DNA from: an uncultured delta proteobacterium
GTDB taxonomy: Bacteria > Desulfobacterota > Binatia > UBA9968
Direction of reading: 5' to 3'
Length of the DNA: 64,000 nt
Assembly: GCA_963816145.1 (NCBI GenBank)
Contig: CAWFJP010000031.1
Coordinates: forward strand, 512,001 to 576,000
In this document: positions 1-8,706 of the stretch, one piece after another
How positions within the stretch are numbered: position 1 is the first letter of the stretch
Layout of the letters: every line of letters begins with the position of its first letter
Notes under the pieces: model-generated
What the model saw: the letters and a program-made list of their open reading frames with translations, nothing else
Database searches by the model: none
Told to the model about the DNA's origin: nothing
Position numbers and translations under genes: made by a program

Positions 1-327
1 GACGCCGCCGTGCGCGATCCGAGTGTTTTGAAACTAGCCGAACGAGTGCAGATGAATCTCGGCGATGATTTAAAAAAGACCGACCCCGGCGGCCGTCCCT
101 GCCGGGTGACGTTGCGCACGAAAAGCGGCCAGACCTATATTCGCGAGGCGCAGCATTCCAAAGGGAGCCCGGAATTTCCGATGACCGAAGCGGAGCTGAG
201 AGGCAAGTTTACCGAGTGCGCGCGCGAAACCTTGAGCGCCGACGCGGCAGACCGTGCCCTGGCGCAGATCGAGGGCTTGGAAAAAGTCGATAATGTTAGA
301 ACGCTGACGGAAATCCTGCGCGGTTAA
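1..327 (+). CDS. MmgE/PrpD family protein, C-terminal part (5'-truncated by window)
   Basis: C-terminal motif KGSPEFPMTEAELRGKF..CA typical of MmgE/PrpD. Confidence 0.75.
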   Translation, partial: DAAVRDPSVLKLAERVQMNLGDDLKKTDPGGRPCRVTLRTKSGQTYIREAQHSKGSPEFPMTEAELRGKFTECARETLSADAADRALAQIEGLEKVDNVRTLTEILRG

Positions 328-360
328 CGCGGGTTAGAGCGATAAATACGTAACGATTGT

Positions 361-445
361 TTTCACCACGAAGGACACGAAGAGCACGAAGATCGGAGAC
401 CAAGTTAACTAAAACCTTCGTGACCTTCGTGTCTTCGTGGTGAAA
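361..445. repeat. REP-like palindrome, family A (inverted CACGAAG-NN 9-mer tandems)
   Basis: TTTCACCACGAAGGACACGAAGAGCACGAAG ... CTTCGTGACCTTCGTGTCTTCGTGGTGAAA; related copies at about 5436, 16623, 17338, 23021 and 43338. Confidence 0.9.
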
Positions 446-492
446 GAGAATTTTTCGATTTACTGTAAAGATTCACTTCTAAGGAGACAGAC

Positions 493-1014
493 ATGCCGAG
501 AATTGCTTTGGACCTGAACAATGAAGAGGACCGTCGCAAGGTTAAAGGCCAATGGCGCGTTGGGCCTGGGTTGGTGCCGGGGCAGCCGAACGAAGGACTC
601 ACGGCGCAGCTCTTGGAAACGCCGGCGCGGATGGCAGATTACGACGACTCAGCTTGGGAGATTTGTCCCAACATTCGTAAAAGCATTTCCAAGGGTTTCA
701 CTTTCGCCTGGTATCGCATCACCGTCGAGTTACCGGAACAAGTAAATGGCCTTGCGCTACGGGATTACCGGGTGTGGTTCGAAACCAACGTCGATAACTA
801 CGGCGAGATCTGGATTGACGGTAAAATTGAGCGTCCGGCCGGAACCATTGTCGGCATCAACGCTTCGCAGCGCGTCGAGGTGAGCGCCAAAGCGCAGCCG
901 GGCGCGAAACATGTGATCGCATGCCTGGTCGCCAACGGTCCGCTGGCGGAGCCGCGCGGCGGGGTTTTCATGCGCTATGCGACGCTTGCGTTTGAGTTGT
1001 CGGATCGGGGTTGA
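493..1014 (+). CDS. Hypothetical protein with galactose-binding-like (GH2 N-terminal type) domain
   Basis: AAGGAG RBS; motifs YDDSAW, FAWYRITVELP and VDNYGEIWIDG resemble the sugar-binding beta-sandwich. Confidence 0.6.
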   Translation: MPRIALDLNNEEDRRKVKGQWRVGPGLVPGQPNEGLTAQLLETPARMADYDDSAWEICPNIRKSISKGFTFAWYRITVELPEQVNGLALRDYRVWFETNVDNYGEIWIDGKIERPAGTIVGINASQRVEVSAKAQPGAKHVIACLVANGPLAEPRGGVFMRYATLAFELSDRG

Positions 1015-1050
1015 ACGAATAAGTTCTGAAGACTTGGATAGGGAGCGGGC

Positions 1051-1485
1051 ATGAAGTCAATAGTAACTGTCCTTAGTTTCCTTACGGTTGTCTTGTGGAC
1101 GACATCTTCCTTCGCGGCCCAGGCGCAGCGGCGGTACCCGGTTGATCCACAGACCAACTGGGCGGCCGGCGTCAAGCCAAAGCCGGCCGAGGAGCTAAAG
1201 AAAGAACTCGATGCCGGTAAAATCTTGATCATCGACGTGCGGGCGCCGGAGCAATTCCGGAAAGAAACCATTCCCGGCGCGATCAATATCCCGCTTGAAG
1301 AACTCCAAGGCCATTTAAAGAAAATGGCCAAGGACACTTATATCGTATTCACCTGAGGCACCGGACGCTCAAGCTCGCAGGCTGCGAAGCTAGCAGAAGA
1401 GATGGGTTTCCAAAGCACGACGTTTTGCCCGGTCAATAAATGGAAGGAACAGGGATATCAGGCGGAGCCGGGGAAGAAGAATTAG
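1051..1485 (+). CDS. Rhodanese-domain selenoprotein with signal peptide (UGA 1354-1356 read as Sec), 144 aa
   Basis: IIDVR..EQF..ETIPGAINIP..IVFT-[UGA]-GTGRSSSQAAKLAEEMGF..WKEQGY continues in frame to TAG at 1483-1485; the UGA aligns with the rhodanese catalytic Cys. Confidence 0.8.
1372..1391 (+). promoter_or_regulatory. Putative bacterial SECIS element
   Basis: Hairpin AGCUCGCA-GGC-UGCGAAGCU (one bulged A); first loop G is 24 nt after the UGA. Confidence 0.65.
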
Positions 1486-1535
1486 ATATAACTATAAATG
1501 GTGTCGCGCGGCCAAGCGTCGACCGAAACTCCGAA

Positions 1536-1653
1536 TATCTCCCGCAAAGATGCTCAGGCCGCAAAGTTCGGAGAGTCATCAGTAAAGAATTTCTCCAAGA
1601 CAATTCTTATTGCCCATCCGAACTTGGCGCGCTTCGCGCCTTGGCGGGAGATA
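1536..1653. repeat. REP-like palindrome (CGCAAAG variant of family A)
   Basis: TATCTCCCGCAAAG..CGCAAAGTTCGGA ... TCCGAACTTGGCG..CCTTGGCGGGAGATA. Confidence 0.7.
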
Positions 1654-1749
1654 ATTCTCCGATTCGCTCAATCGAGCAGTTAGCGCCTTAATATCGGGCT
1701 CTTCGCGTAATTGAGTGGGTGAAATTTGGTAAGAAATGATGTCCTTGTA

Positions 1750-1858
1750 GGTTCCACCCCCCTTTAAAAAAGGGGGGTTGGGGGGATTTTGTGCTGGTAG
1801 ACAATCTTTCAAGCCATGAAAAATCCCTCCTAACCTCCCTTTGCGAAAGGGAGGAACC
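1750..1858. repeat. REP doublet CCCCCCTTT-AAAGGGGGG type
   Basis: CCCCCCTTTAAAAAAGGGGGGTTGGGGGGATTT ... AAATCCCTCCTAACCTCCCTTTGCGAAAGGGAGG inverted pair. Confidence 0.8.
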
Positions 1859-1923
1859 GTCCATGGGAGAGTAATCTGCCAGACAGTCAGCACCCACTCG
1901 ATTCCGCGATGACCCTAATATCG

Positions 1924-2913
1924 TTACCGGTACACCGAGTCGATAAAGCCATTCCTTTCGAGCTGGTCGATGATCGAGGTGTCGACGAACATTTCCGGTT
2001 TGATCAGTGGGTTTTTGTCTTTGAACTGGCCATCGATGATGAACTGGATCGCTTTCGCTGACGGGCGCGGCACTTTTAGGAGATTGGGGGCGACATCTTT
2101 CCAGCTCGCTTCGAGCACTTCGTTGTCAGTGGTGCGCAAGTACTTGCTCAAAACTTTCTTGCTGAATTCTTTATCGCTGCCGTAGCGCTGCATGCCGCGG
2201 ATGAGGGCGCGGACGAAGCGGGTGGATGGTTCGCGATTTTGCGCCATATAGGAACGGGTGCTAACCAGCGCGGCATTCACCGCTTCGAAGCCGATCTCGG
2301 AGAAGTTGACCAACTCCTTCATGTCCATTTTCAATGCGTGGATGTAGGCGGGATAGGACAGCGCCGCCACCTGGACGCTGCCGGCTTGCAAGGCGGCGAA
2401 GACTTCCGAATCGCCTCCGGCAGGTAAGAGTGCCACGTCCTTGCCTGGTTCGAGGCCAAACCGGCGCAATCCCAACCGCACGAGAAAATCAGAAGTGGCG
2501 CCGAAGGCGCTGATGGCGGCGCGCTTGCCTTTGAGATCACCGGGCTGCTTGATTTCCGGGCGCGCGATCAGATGAAACGGCGATTTGGTGCTCATGCAGC
2601 CAATGATCACCGAATCGCTGCCGGCGATGGTGGCGGCCATACTGGCGGAGGCACCGGCATGGATAATCGGCGCGCTGCCGCCGAGCATCGAGGCGACGAT
2701 GCGCGTGCTGCCGCCGACGCGAATGAGTTCGACGTCAAGACTTTCCGCGGCCAAGTATCCCGCCTCCTTGGCGATCCACACCGCGGCGAAGGTGCCGCTC
2801 AGGCTTGGGTAGAGAAAGCGCATGGACGTCATCGAGCTTGGCGCTTGCCCGGCGTATCCGATAGCTGAAGCGAACAAAAACATGCTTAGAGCAAGAAGGA
2901 CATCTCTTATCAT
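1924..2913 (-). CDS. ABC transporter substrate-binding protein (NMT1/THI5/SsuA-like)
   Basis: Signal peptide; WIAKEAGY, DLKGKR and LE..GFID motifs; start placed at ATG 2913. Confidence 0.85.
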   Translation of the reverse strand: MIRDVLLALSMFLFASAIGYAGQAPSSMTSMRFLYPSLSGTFAAVWIAKEAGYLAAESLDVELIRVGGSTRIVASMLGGSAPIIHAGASASMAATIAGSDSVIIGCMSTKSPFHLIARPEIKQPGDLKGKRAAISAFGATSDFLVRLGLRRFGLEPGKDVALLPAGGDSEVFAALQAGSVQVAALSYPAYIHALKMDMKELVNFSEIGFEAVNAALVSTRSYMAQNREPSTRFVRALIRGMQRYGSDKEFSKKVLSKYLRTTDNEVLEASWKDVAPNLLKVPRPSAKAIQFIIDGQFKDKNPLIKPEMFVDTSIIDQLERNGFIDSVYR

Positions 2914-2986
2914 AGCATTTCCCTTCGTGTGGCGGATCAATGGATGGCTTGCGCGGTCTTAACTTGTTGGCGCGCTGACTGTCAAC

Positions 2987-3035
2987 CTGGGTGCAGTTAC
3001 CTGGGTCAGTTAGCTGGGTGCAGTTAGCTGGGTTC
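2987..3035 (+). repeat. Tandem 13-14 nt direct repeats CTGGGT(G)CAGTTA(G/C)
   Basis: Three full units plus a partial one in a divergent intergenic region. Confidence 0.8.
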
Positions 3036-3074
3036 GAATTCATGAACCAGCCGGGTAGTGGTTCAGTTAGCTAG

Positions 3075-3143
3075 AGATCTCTCACTTCGTTCGAGATGAC
3101 AAGGCAACTATTCTGCTGTCATTTCGAGCGAAGCGAGAAATCT
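3075..3143. repeat. REP doublet GTCATTTCGAGCGAAGCGAGAAATCT type
   Basis: AGATCTCTCACTTCGTTCGAGATGACA ... TGTCATTTCGAGCGAAGCGAGAAATCT. Confidence 0.8.
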
Positions 3144-3281
3144 TTCTCAGGCTGAAAACGTCCGCCCGACTCATACTGAACCACTACCGCCAGCCGTTGA
3201 CGGTTGCTTGCGGTGTCGGATTAACGCTATAAAGTTTGATACTTTCGTCAGCAGCAATATCGACTTTGGAGGTTGGCTTTC

Positions 3282-4712
3282 ATGGCCGTTAGAAGAGGGG
3301 CGGATTATATCAAGGCGTTGCGCGACGGGCGCCAGGTGTGGCACGCGGGTAGGCGCATCGCCGATGTGACGACGCATTCCGGCTTCACCGGCTCGATCAA
3401 GACGCTGGCCGATATGTACGACAAGCAGCACACCGCCGAGCATCGCGATCTGATGACCGTTGAATATGAGGGCGAGCGGATTTCCTACAGCTATCTGCCG
3501 CCGAAGAATCACGAGGAACTCCTTCTCAAACGGCGCAATATCGAGTTCTGGGCGCAGCAGACTTTCGGGCAAATGGGGCGGTATCCGGAGTTTGTCGCCG
3601 AGCTGATCGTCGGCCTGCTCGACTGGTCGCATCATATAGAGAAGACCAATAAACAATGGGCCGACAATGCCCGCGCTTATCATCGGTATGTCAGCCGCAA
3701 CGATCTCTGCCTGACCCACGCGCTGACCGATCAGTACTATGACCGCACCAAGCCGGTCGGAAAACAGGAAGATCCCGATCTGATTCTCCACATCGTCGGC
3801 GAGACCAAGGATGGCCCGGTAGTGCGCGGTTTGCGCACGCTGGCGACGTTGGCGCCGATCTCCGATGAGGTAATCGTCTATCCGAACCGGCCGCGGGAGC
3901 CGGACGAGCGTGATTATGCCATCGCCTTTGCGATCCCGATGAACACCAAGGGGTTAAAAATTCTGTGCCGCGATCTTTACGCCGAGCATGCCGATCCCGA
4001 GCGCCAGCCGCTGACCACGCGCTTTGACGAGGTCGACGCCGCTTTGATCTTCGACGATGTCGTCGTGCCCTGGGAACGGGTGTTCGTTTATAAAGATCCG
4101 CAGTTGCTTTCAGGAATTATGTACATTCACACCTGGGGGCAGTACTCGACCATGCTGCGCTTGGTGACCAAGCTCGAAGCGTTTCTCGGCGTCGCCCAAC
4201 TGCTCACTAAGTACGCTAAACGCAACATGCTGCCGCCGTCGCAGATTCTGTTATCGAGCATGATTCAAGACATCGAAATTCTCCGCTCGTGCATCCAAGT
4301 CGGCGAGTCGCGCGGATACCGCGCCGAAGGCGGAACCTGGGCGCCGCTCTTGAGCACGGCCTACCGGGTGCATAGCATCGAAGCGTCCGACCGTGCCGAG
4401 CGGACCATGGAGGGATTGCTCACGAGCACGCTGATGTTGAGCGGCGGCGCGTCGGACTTGAGCAATGCCGATATCGGGCCGTTCGTCGAGCGTTACTTCC
4501 GCGGCGGCGCGCCGGATACCAAAGAACATCTGCGCTTGATGGCGGTGGCGGCGGATATGGTGATGACGCCGTTCGGCAAGCGCAGCCAGCTCTACGAGCG
4601 CTTGCAGAGCGGCGAGGTCGACCGCATGCGCCAGCGGCTCTACGGTCAGTATCAAGATCCGGCGCCGGCCGAGCGCATGATGCAATTCGTCAAATCAATG
4701 GATAAGGATTGA
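3282..4712 (+). CDS. 4-hydroxyphenylacetate 3-hydroxylase family flavin-dependent monooxygenase, oxygenase component
   Basis: YIKALRDGRQVW, THALTDQYYDR and RFDEVDAALIFDDVVVPWERVF motifs; GGAGG RBS before ATG 3282. Confidence 0.85.
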   Translation: MAVRRGADYIKALRDGRQVWHAGRRIADVTTHSGFTGSIKTLADMYDKQHTAEHRDLMTVEYEGERISYSYLPPKNHEELLLKRRNIEFWAQQTFGQMGRYPEFVAELIVGLLDWSHHIEKTNKQWADNARAYHRYVSRNDLCLTHALTDQYYDRTKPVGKQEDPDLILHIVGETKDGPVVRGLRTLATLAPISDEVIVYPNRPREPDERDYAIAFAIPMNTKGLKILCRDLYAEHADPERQPLTTRFDEVDAALIFDDVVVPWERVFVYKDPQLLSGIMYIHTWGQYSTMLRLVTKLEAFLGVAQLLTKYAKRNMLPPSQILLSSMIQDIEILRSCIQVGESRGYRAEGGTWAPLLSTAYRVHSIEASDRAERTMEGLLTSTLMLSGGASDLSNADIGPFVERYFRGGAPDTKEHLRLMAVAADMVMTPFGKRSQLYERLQSGEVDRMRQRLYGQYQDPAPAERMMQFVKSMDKD

Positions 4713-4742
4713 GCGCTCGGGTGCCCGCAGAATTCGAGAAAT

Positions 4743-5213
4743 ATGAAACAGACTAAAACCAAGAAAGTTCTCCGGCGAATCGTCGTGCGCAACTCTCCGA
4801 TCCATGGCCGCGGCGTGTTTGCCCTGCGGCCGATTCCTAAGGGCACGCGGATCCTCGAGTACAAAGGTAAGTTGATCACCGATGCGGATGCGGACCGGCG
4901 TTTTGGCCGGCTTCATGAGAACTCGTCGCACACGATGTTGTTTTCCGTCGACGACGGCTTGGTGATCGATGCGACGCGCCAGGGCAACTCGGCGCGCTGG
5001 ATCAATCACTCGTGCGCGCCCAACTGCGAGATCGAGGAAGAAAATCATCGGGTATTTATCGAAGCGCGCCGCGATATCCGAGCCGGCGAAGAGCTCGCCT
5101 ACGATTACAATCTGCAAATCGGCGAGAAGCACACCAAGAAAGCCAAACGCGACCATGCTTGCCTGTGCGGCGCGAAACGCTGCCGCGGCACGATGTTGGG
5201 CGAAGACGAGTGA
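4743..5213 (+). CDS. SET-domain protein-lysine N-methyltransferase
   Basis: SPIHGRGVFA, RWINHSCAPNC, ELAYDY and post-SET CLCGAKRCRG. Confidence 0.92.
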   Translation: MKQTKTKKVLRRIVVRNSPIHGRGVFALRPIPKGTRILEYKGKLITDADADRRFGRLHENSSHTMLFSVDDGLVIDATRQGNSARWINHSCAPNCEIEEENHRVFIEARRDIRAGEELAYDYNLQIGEKHTKKAKRDHACLCGAKRCRGTMLGEDE

Positions 5214-5316
5214 TGTCAGAGTTCCAACCCCGTAGTTCGAAAAGAACTTTTTCACCACGAAGTGTCCATGAGCGTACGCTCGTCGACAGAGTATGAAATT
5301 GCAGGCCCCCCGATTC

Positions 5317-5384
5317 GTCATGCCGGCGAAAGCCGGCATCCAGGCGACGGAGGGGGGATGGATACCGGCTTTCGCCGGTATGAC
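5317..5384. repeat. REP doublet, family B (GTCATGCCGG..CCGGCATCCA / TGGATACCGG..CCGGTATGAC)
   Basis: Near-perfect inverted pair; other copies at 11254, 12514, 15770 and 20711. Confidence 0.9.
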
Positions 5385-5549
5385 GGAAGCCTTATGGCAA
5401 TTCGTCGCGCAGATCGTGCTTGCGCATGTATTTTCTAAGGAGGCGCGAAGAGCACGAAAGGTGGATCAATATTTGTTCCGAAACCTTCGTGACCTTCGCG
5501 TCTTCGTGTTGAGTGATCTAGTTCTCTGGAGATGTCTTTTCATCGCAGC

Positions 5550-6524
5550 ATGAAGATCACCGTTATCGACGACTATCAGGATGCCTTCCGGCGGATGTCC
5601 AGTTTCCCGAAGCTTGCCGGGCATAAGATCGAAATTTTTAACGACACGCTGAAAGAGCCGGCGCGGTTTGCTGAGCGGCTACATGATGCGGAGTGTGTCG
5701 TGTTGACGCAGCAGCGTTCGTGGTTTCGCCGCCCGCTGATTGAGGCCTTGCCCAACTTGCGCCTACTTAGCCAGACGGGGAGGGTAACAGCGCATATCGA
5801 TCTCAAAGCGTGCACGGAGCACGGCGTGATGGTCTGCGCCGGCGGCAAAGGGCGGCCGCATTCGACAGCAGAGCTGACCTGGGCGTTGATACTTGCGGCG
5901 CTGCGCCATATTCCCGCAGAAGTTCACGGACTGCGCCAAGGACGCTGGCAGTCGACCCTGGGCTTCGATATTTTCGGCAAGACATTGGGAATCTATGCGC
6001 TTGGCGGCATCGGCTCGATTGTCGCCAATATTGGCCGGGCTTTTGGCGCACGGGTGCTTTGTTGGGGCCGCGGCGCCTCATTGGAGCGGGCGCGGCTCGC
6101 GGGTTACGATGTCGCTGCCAGCCGCGACGAGTTTTTCGCTGAGTCGGATATTCTGAGTCTGCATCTGCCGATGGTGCGCGAGACCCGCGGCATTATCACG
6201 CGGGCGGATCTCGCGCGCATGAAGCCGATGGCGCTGTTGGTAAACACAAGCCGGTCGAAGTTGATCGAAGACAACGCATTGGTTGAAGCGTTGCGCTTGG
6301 GGAGGCCGGGATTCGCCGCCGTGGACGTCTATGACGACGAGCCGATCTTCAATGCTGATAATCCGCTGCTCACGCTCGACAACGCGATTTGCACGCCGCA
6401 CCTGGGCTTCGTTACGGCTGAGACCTATGAGATTCACTACGGCTTAGCCGTAGAGCAAATCTTGGCTTACGTCGCCGGCAAGCCAATTCATGTCGCCAAC
6501 CCGGAAGTGCTGCAGCGCGGTTAG
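5550..6524 (+). CDS. D-2-hydroxyacid dehydrogenase family protein
   Basis: GKTLGIYALGGIG, LVNTSR, AAVDVYDDEP and TPHLG motifs. Confidence 0.9.
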   Translation: MKITVIDDYQDAFRRMSSFPKLAGHKIEIFNDTLKEPARFAERLHDAECVVLTQQRSWFRRPLIEALPNLRLLSQTGRVTAHIDLKACTEHGVMVCAGGKGRPHSTAELTWALILAALRHIPAEVHGLRQGRWQSTLGFDIFGKTLGIYALGGIGSIVANIGRAFGARVLCWGRGASLERARLAGYDVAASRDEFFAESDILSLHLPMVRETRGIITRADLARMKPMALLVNTSRSKLIEDNALVEALRLGRPGFAAVDVYDDEPIFNADNPLLTLDNAICTPHLGFVTAETYEIHYGLAVEQILAYVAGKPIHVANPEVLQRG

Positions 6525-6631
6525 TCATGAACTACGCCGCCAACCTTAAAGCGGTTCAGCTGGTGAAAAAAATCGGCTGCAAAATAATATCGCCGGCTTG
6601 CTCTTGAGTTCGATGCAATCTGCGAAGGTCG

Positions 6632-8491
6632 TCAGCGATACAACCGGTTTTCAACCAAGCCGTTATTGAACCACTGGATACGCGCCTTAAGTTTGCTTTC
6701 CAGTTGCGCTTGTACATCGGCTTTATCGGTGACCGGCGTGTCGAGTTTTTGCGTGGCGAATAGTTTGCCCGGCCCGTTTTGCCGGTATTCCAGATAGTAT
6801 TTCGCATCGGCGATCCAAAAATTCTCGCCGCTTTGACCCAGGGCCAGGCCGGGATAAGTGGAATCGAAAATTGAGTGTCCGAACGGCAAAATTTTGTCGG
6901 TGGCGATTCCGGTGAAATCGAGGAGACTCGGACTGATGTCGACATGCTGGACGATTCGATCGCGATTAACGTCCGGCAATTCTCCGCCGGGATAGTAGAA
7001 AACAATCGGCACACGATAGGTATCGATCATCCGCGGTGGGATCTTCTGCGGCGGAGCGATGTGATCGCCGACAATCACAAACAGCGTGTTCTTGTACCAT
7101 GGCATGGTCTGCGCGGTAGTAAAGAAGTGCTTCAACGCCTGATCGAAGTAAGCGACCGTTCGGTGAATCGGCAGCTCGCCTTTGGGCAGCGTGTTCTCAT
7201 ATTGCGGCGGAATTTGATACGGATTGTGGATGCTCAAGGTGAACAGCACCGAAGCGAACGGTTGCGGGCGACGCGAGAGCTGCTGGGCAAAATGTTGCAG
7301 ATAGGGTTCGTCGTAAATACCCCAGATGCCGTCGGAGTCCTGCGGATTGGGGTACTCATTCAAGCCATAATAGTCGTCGAACCCCATGCGACGGGAAAAC
7401 ACGTCAAAAAACATGGTGCCGTTTTTCCCGCCGTGAAAGAAGCTCGTGTTATAGCCACGAGATTTCAAGATGGTACCGATTCCATGGAGAGTTTTGAATT
7501 CCGCGCAGAAAAAAGTCTCGTCACGCAGGTGGGGCAGACCGGCGAGAATCGACGGCGGCGCGTCGATGGACCTGCGGCCGTTGGCGAAACCATTCTTGAA
7601 ATAGAGACCTTTCTTGGCGAGGGAGTCCAAAAACGGCGTGTAACCATGGCCTGGATTGCCGATGCCGGTGAACTCCGCAGAGAGGCTCTCGACAATAATG
7701 ATGACGATATTTTTCCCCGCCCCGGTTAATTTGTGAACCGGAGGATTTCTCGGCGGAAATTGTTTCGCCAACTCAGCGTCACTCGAGAAATAACGGACTG
7801 GTCTCATACCGTCGCACTTCTGTTGGCTGTTGATCATGGTGTAGGTCGAGTTAAGTGCCAGCTGGGTGAGGCTTTCTTTATCGGTGACCGCCGCCAGGGC
7901 AGGGGTCAGCCGGCGGCTTTGCACCCCCCCTCGCCCGCCGATGACGGCCAGCGAGACGATTAGGAAGAAGATGAGGACATCTCCGGCCCAATGCGATGAC
8001 CTCTTGGTTAGCGGTGCTGAGTGCCATCTATGAGAGAAATAATAAAGCGCAAACACCAACGCGCCGCCGATGGCGGCGAGATACCAGTAATGGAATGCAA
8101 GCTGGCCGATTTGATCCGAGATGTCCTGGCCCATGTCGAGCAGGCTGAGCGATGAGCGCTGGCCGGTGAATTTGAAGTATTCGTAATCGACGACGTTAAG
8201 AAGTACGAAGGGGATGTTGGCGATGAGAAACACAGCCTTGAGAAGGCCACGGTACCAAGGCTTGTCGACGAAACCGAAGGGCAGCAGCGACAAAACGATA
8301 AAGGGCGCGTTGATCCGGCAAATTGCGGCGATGTCGAAGCGTCCGCCGACGAGAAAGGCTAGACCCAGTTCGCGCAGCGGTAGTTGAATATAGGATTGAA
8401 AATTGAGCGCGAGGAAGAGCAGCCGCGAGATCGTATAGAGCAGCAGGAGCAGGCCGAGGTTGGCAAGCAGTACTTTGAGCCGGGAATTCAT
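6632..8491 (-). CDS. LTA synthase family / sulfatase-like membrane protein
   Basis: N-terminal TM helices; NIVIIIVESLS, HNPY, VIVGDH and QHVDISPS motifs. Confidence 0.85.
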   Translation of the reverse strand: MNSRLKVLLANLGLLLLLYTISRLLFLALNFQSYIQLPLRELGLAFLVGGRFDIAAICRINAPFIVLSLLPFGFVDKPWYRGLLKAVFLIANIPFVLLNVVDYEYFKFTGQRSSLSLLDMGQDISDQIGQLAFHYWYLAAIGGALVFALYYFSHRWHSAPLTKRSSHWAGDVLIFFLIVSLAVIGGRGGVQSRRLTPALAAVTDKESLTQLALNSTYTMINSQQKCDGMRPVRYFSSDAELAKQFPPRNPPVHKLTGAGKNIVIIIVESLSAEFTGIGNPGHGYTPFLDSLAKKGLYFKNGFANGRRSIDAPPSILAGLPHLRDETFFCAEFKTLHGIGTILKSRGYNTSFFHGGKNGTMFFDVFSRRMGFDDYYGLNEYPNPQDSDGIWGIYDEPYLQHFAQQLSRRPQPFASVLFTLSIHNPYQIPPQYENTLPKGELPIHRTVAYFDQALKHFFTTAQTMPWYKNTLFVIVGDHIAPPQKIPPRMIDTYRVPIVFYYPGGELPDVNRDRIVQHVDISPSLLDFTGIATDKILPFGHSIFDSTYPGLALGQSGENFWIADAKYYLEYRQNGPGKLFATQKLDTPVTDKADVQAQLESKLKARIQWFNNGLVENRLYR

Positions 8492-8706
8492 TCAGCTTTA
8501 GACAACGTTTTGGGTAAATGATTTTATCGACGTTCAGATTAGCTAAAAAAACATGGAAAATCTATCGAGGCGCGAATCGACTCCGCTCCCGGCTTACGAG
8601 CCATTGGCTGGAGTTATGGTAGATTAATCATACTCGTAGTAGGAGTATCGATTGTCTTGTCTCGTGCGCATTGGGCGACGGCGACAAAAGGTCAGGAATA
8701 ATTTAG

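Noticed and set aside
361-445. CACGAAG and GTTCCA repeats as CRISPR arrays
   Set aside because: Units are 7-9 nt, there are no unique spacers and no cas genes
5293-5553. Short ORFs containing MPAKAGIQ/WIPAFAGMT, PPFLKGG or LERLERLE (also 1579..1897, 15735..16181, 21308..21547)
   Set aside because: Translations of REP-like repeats
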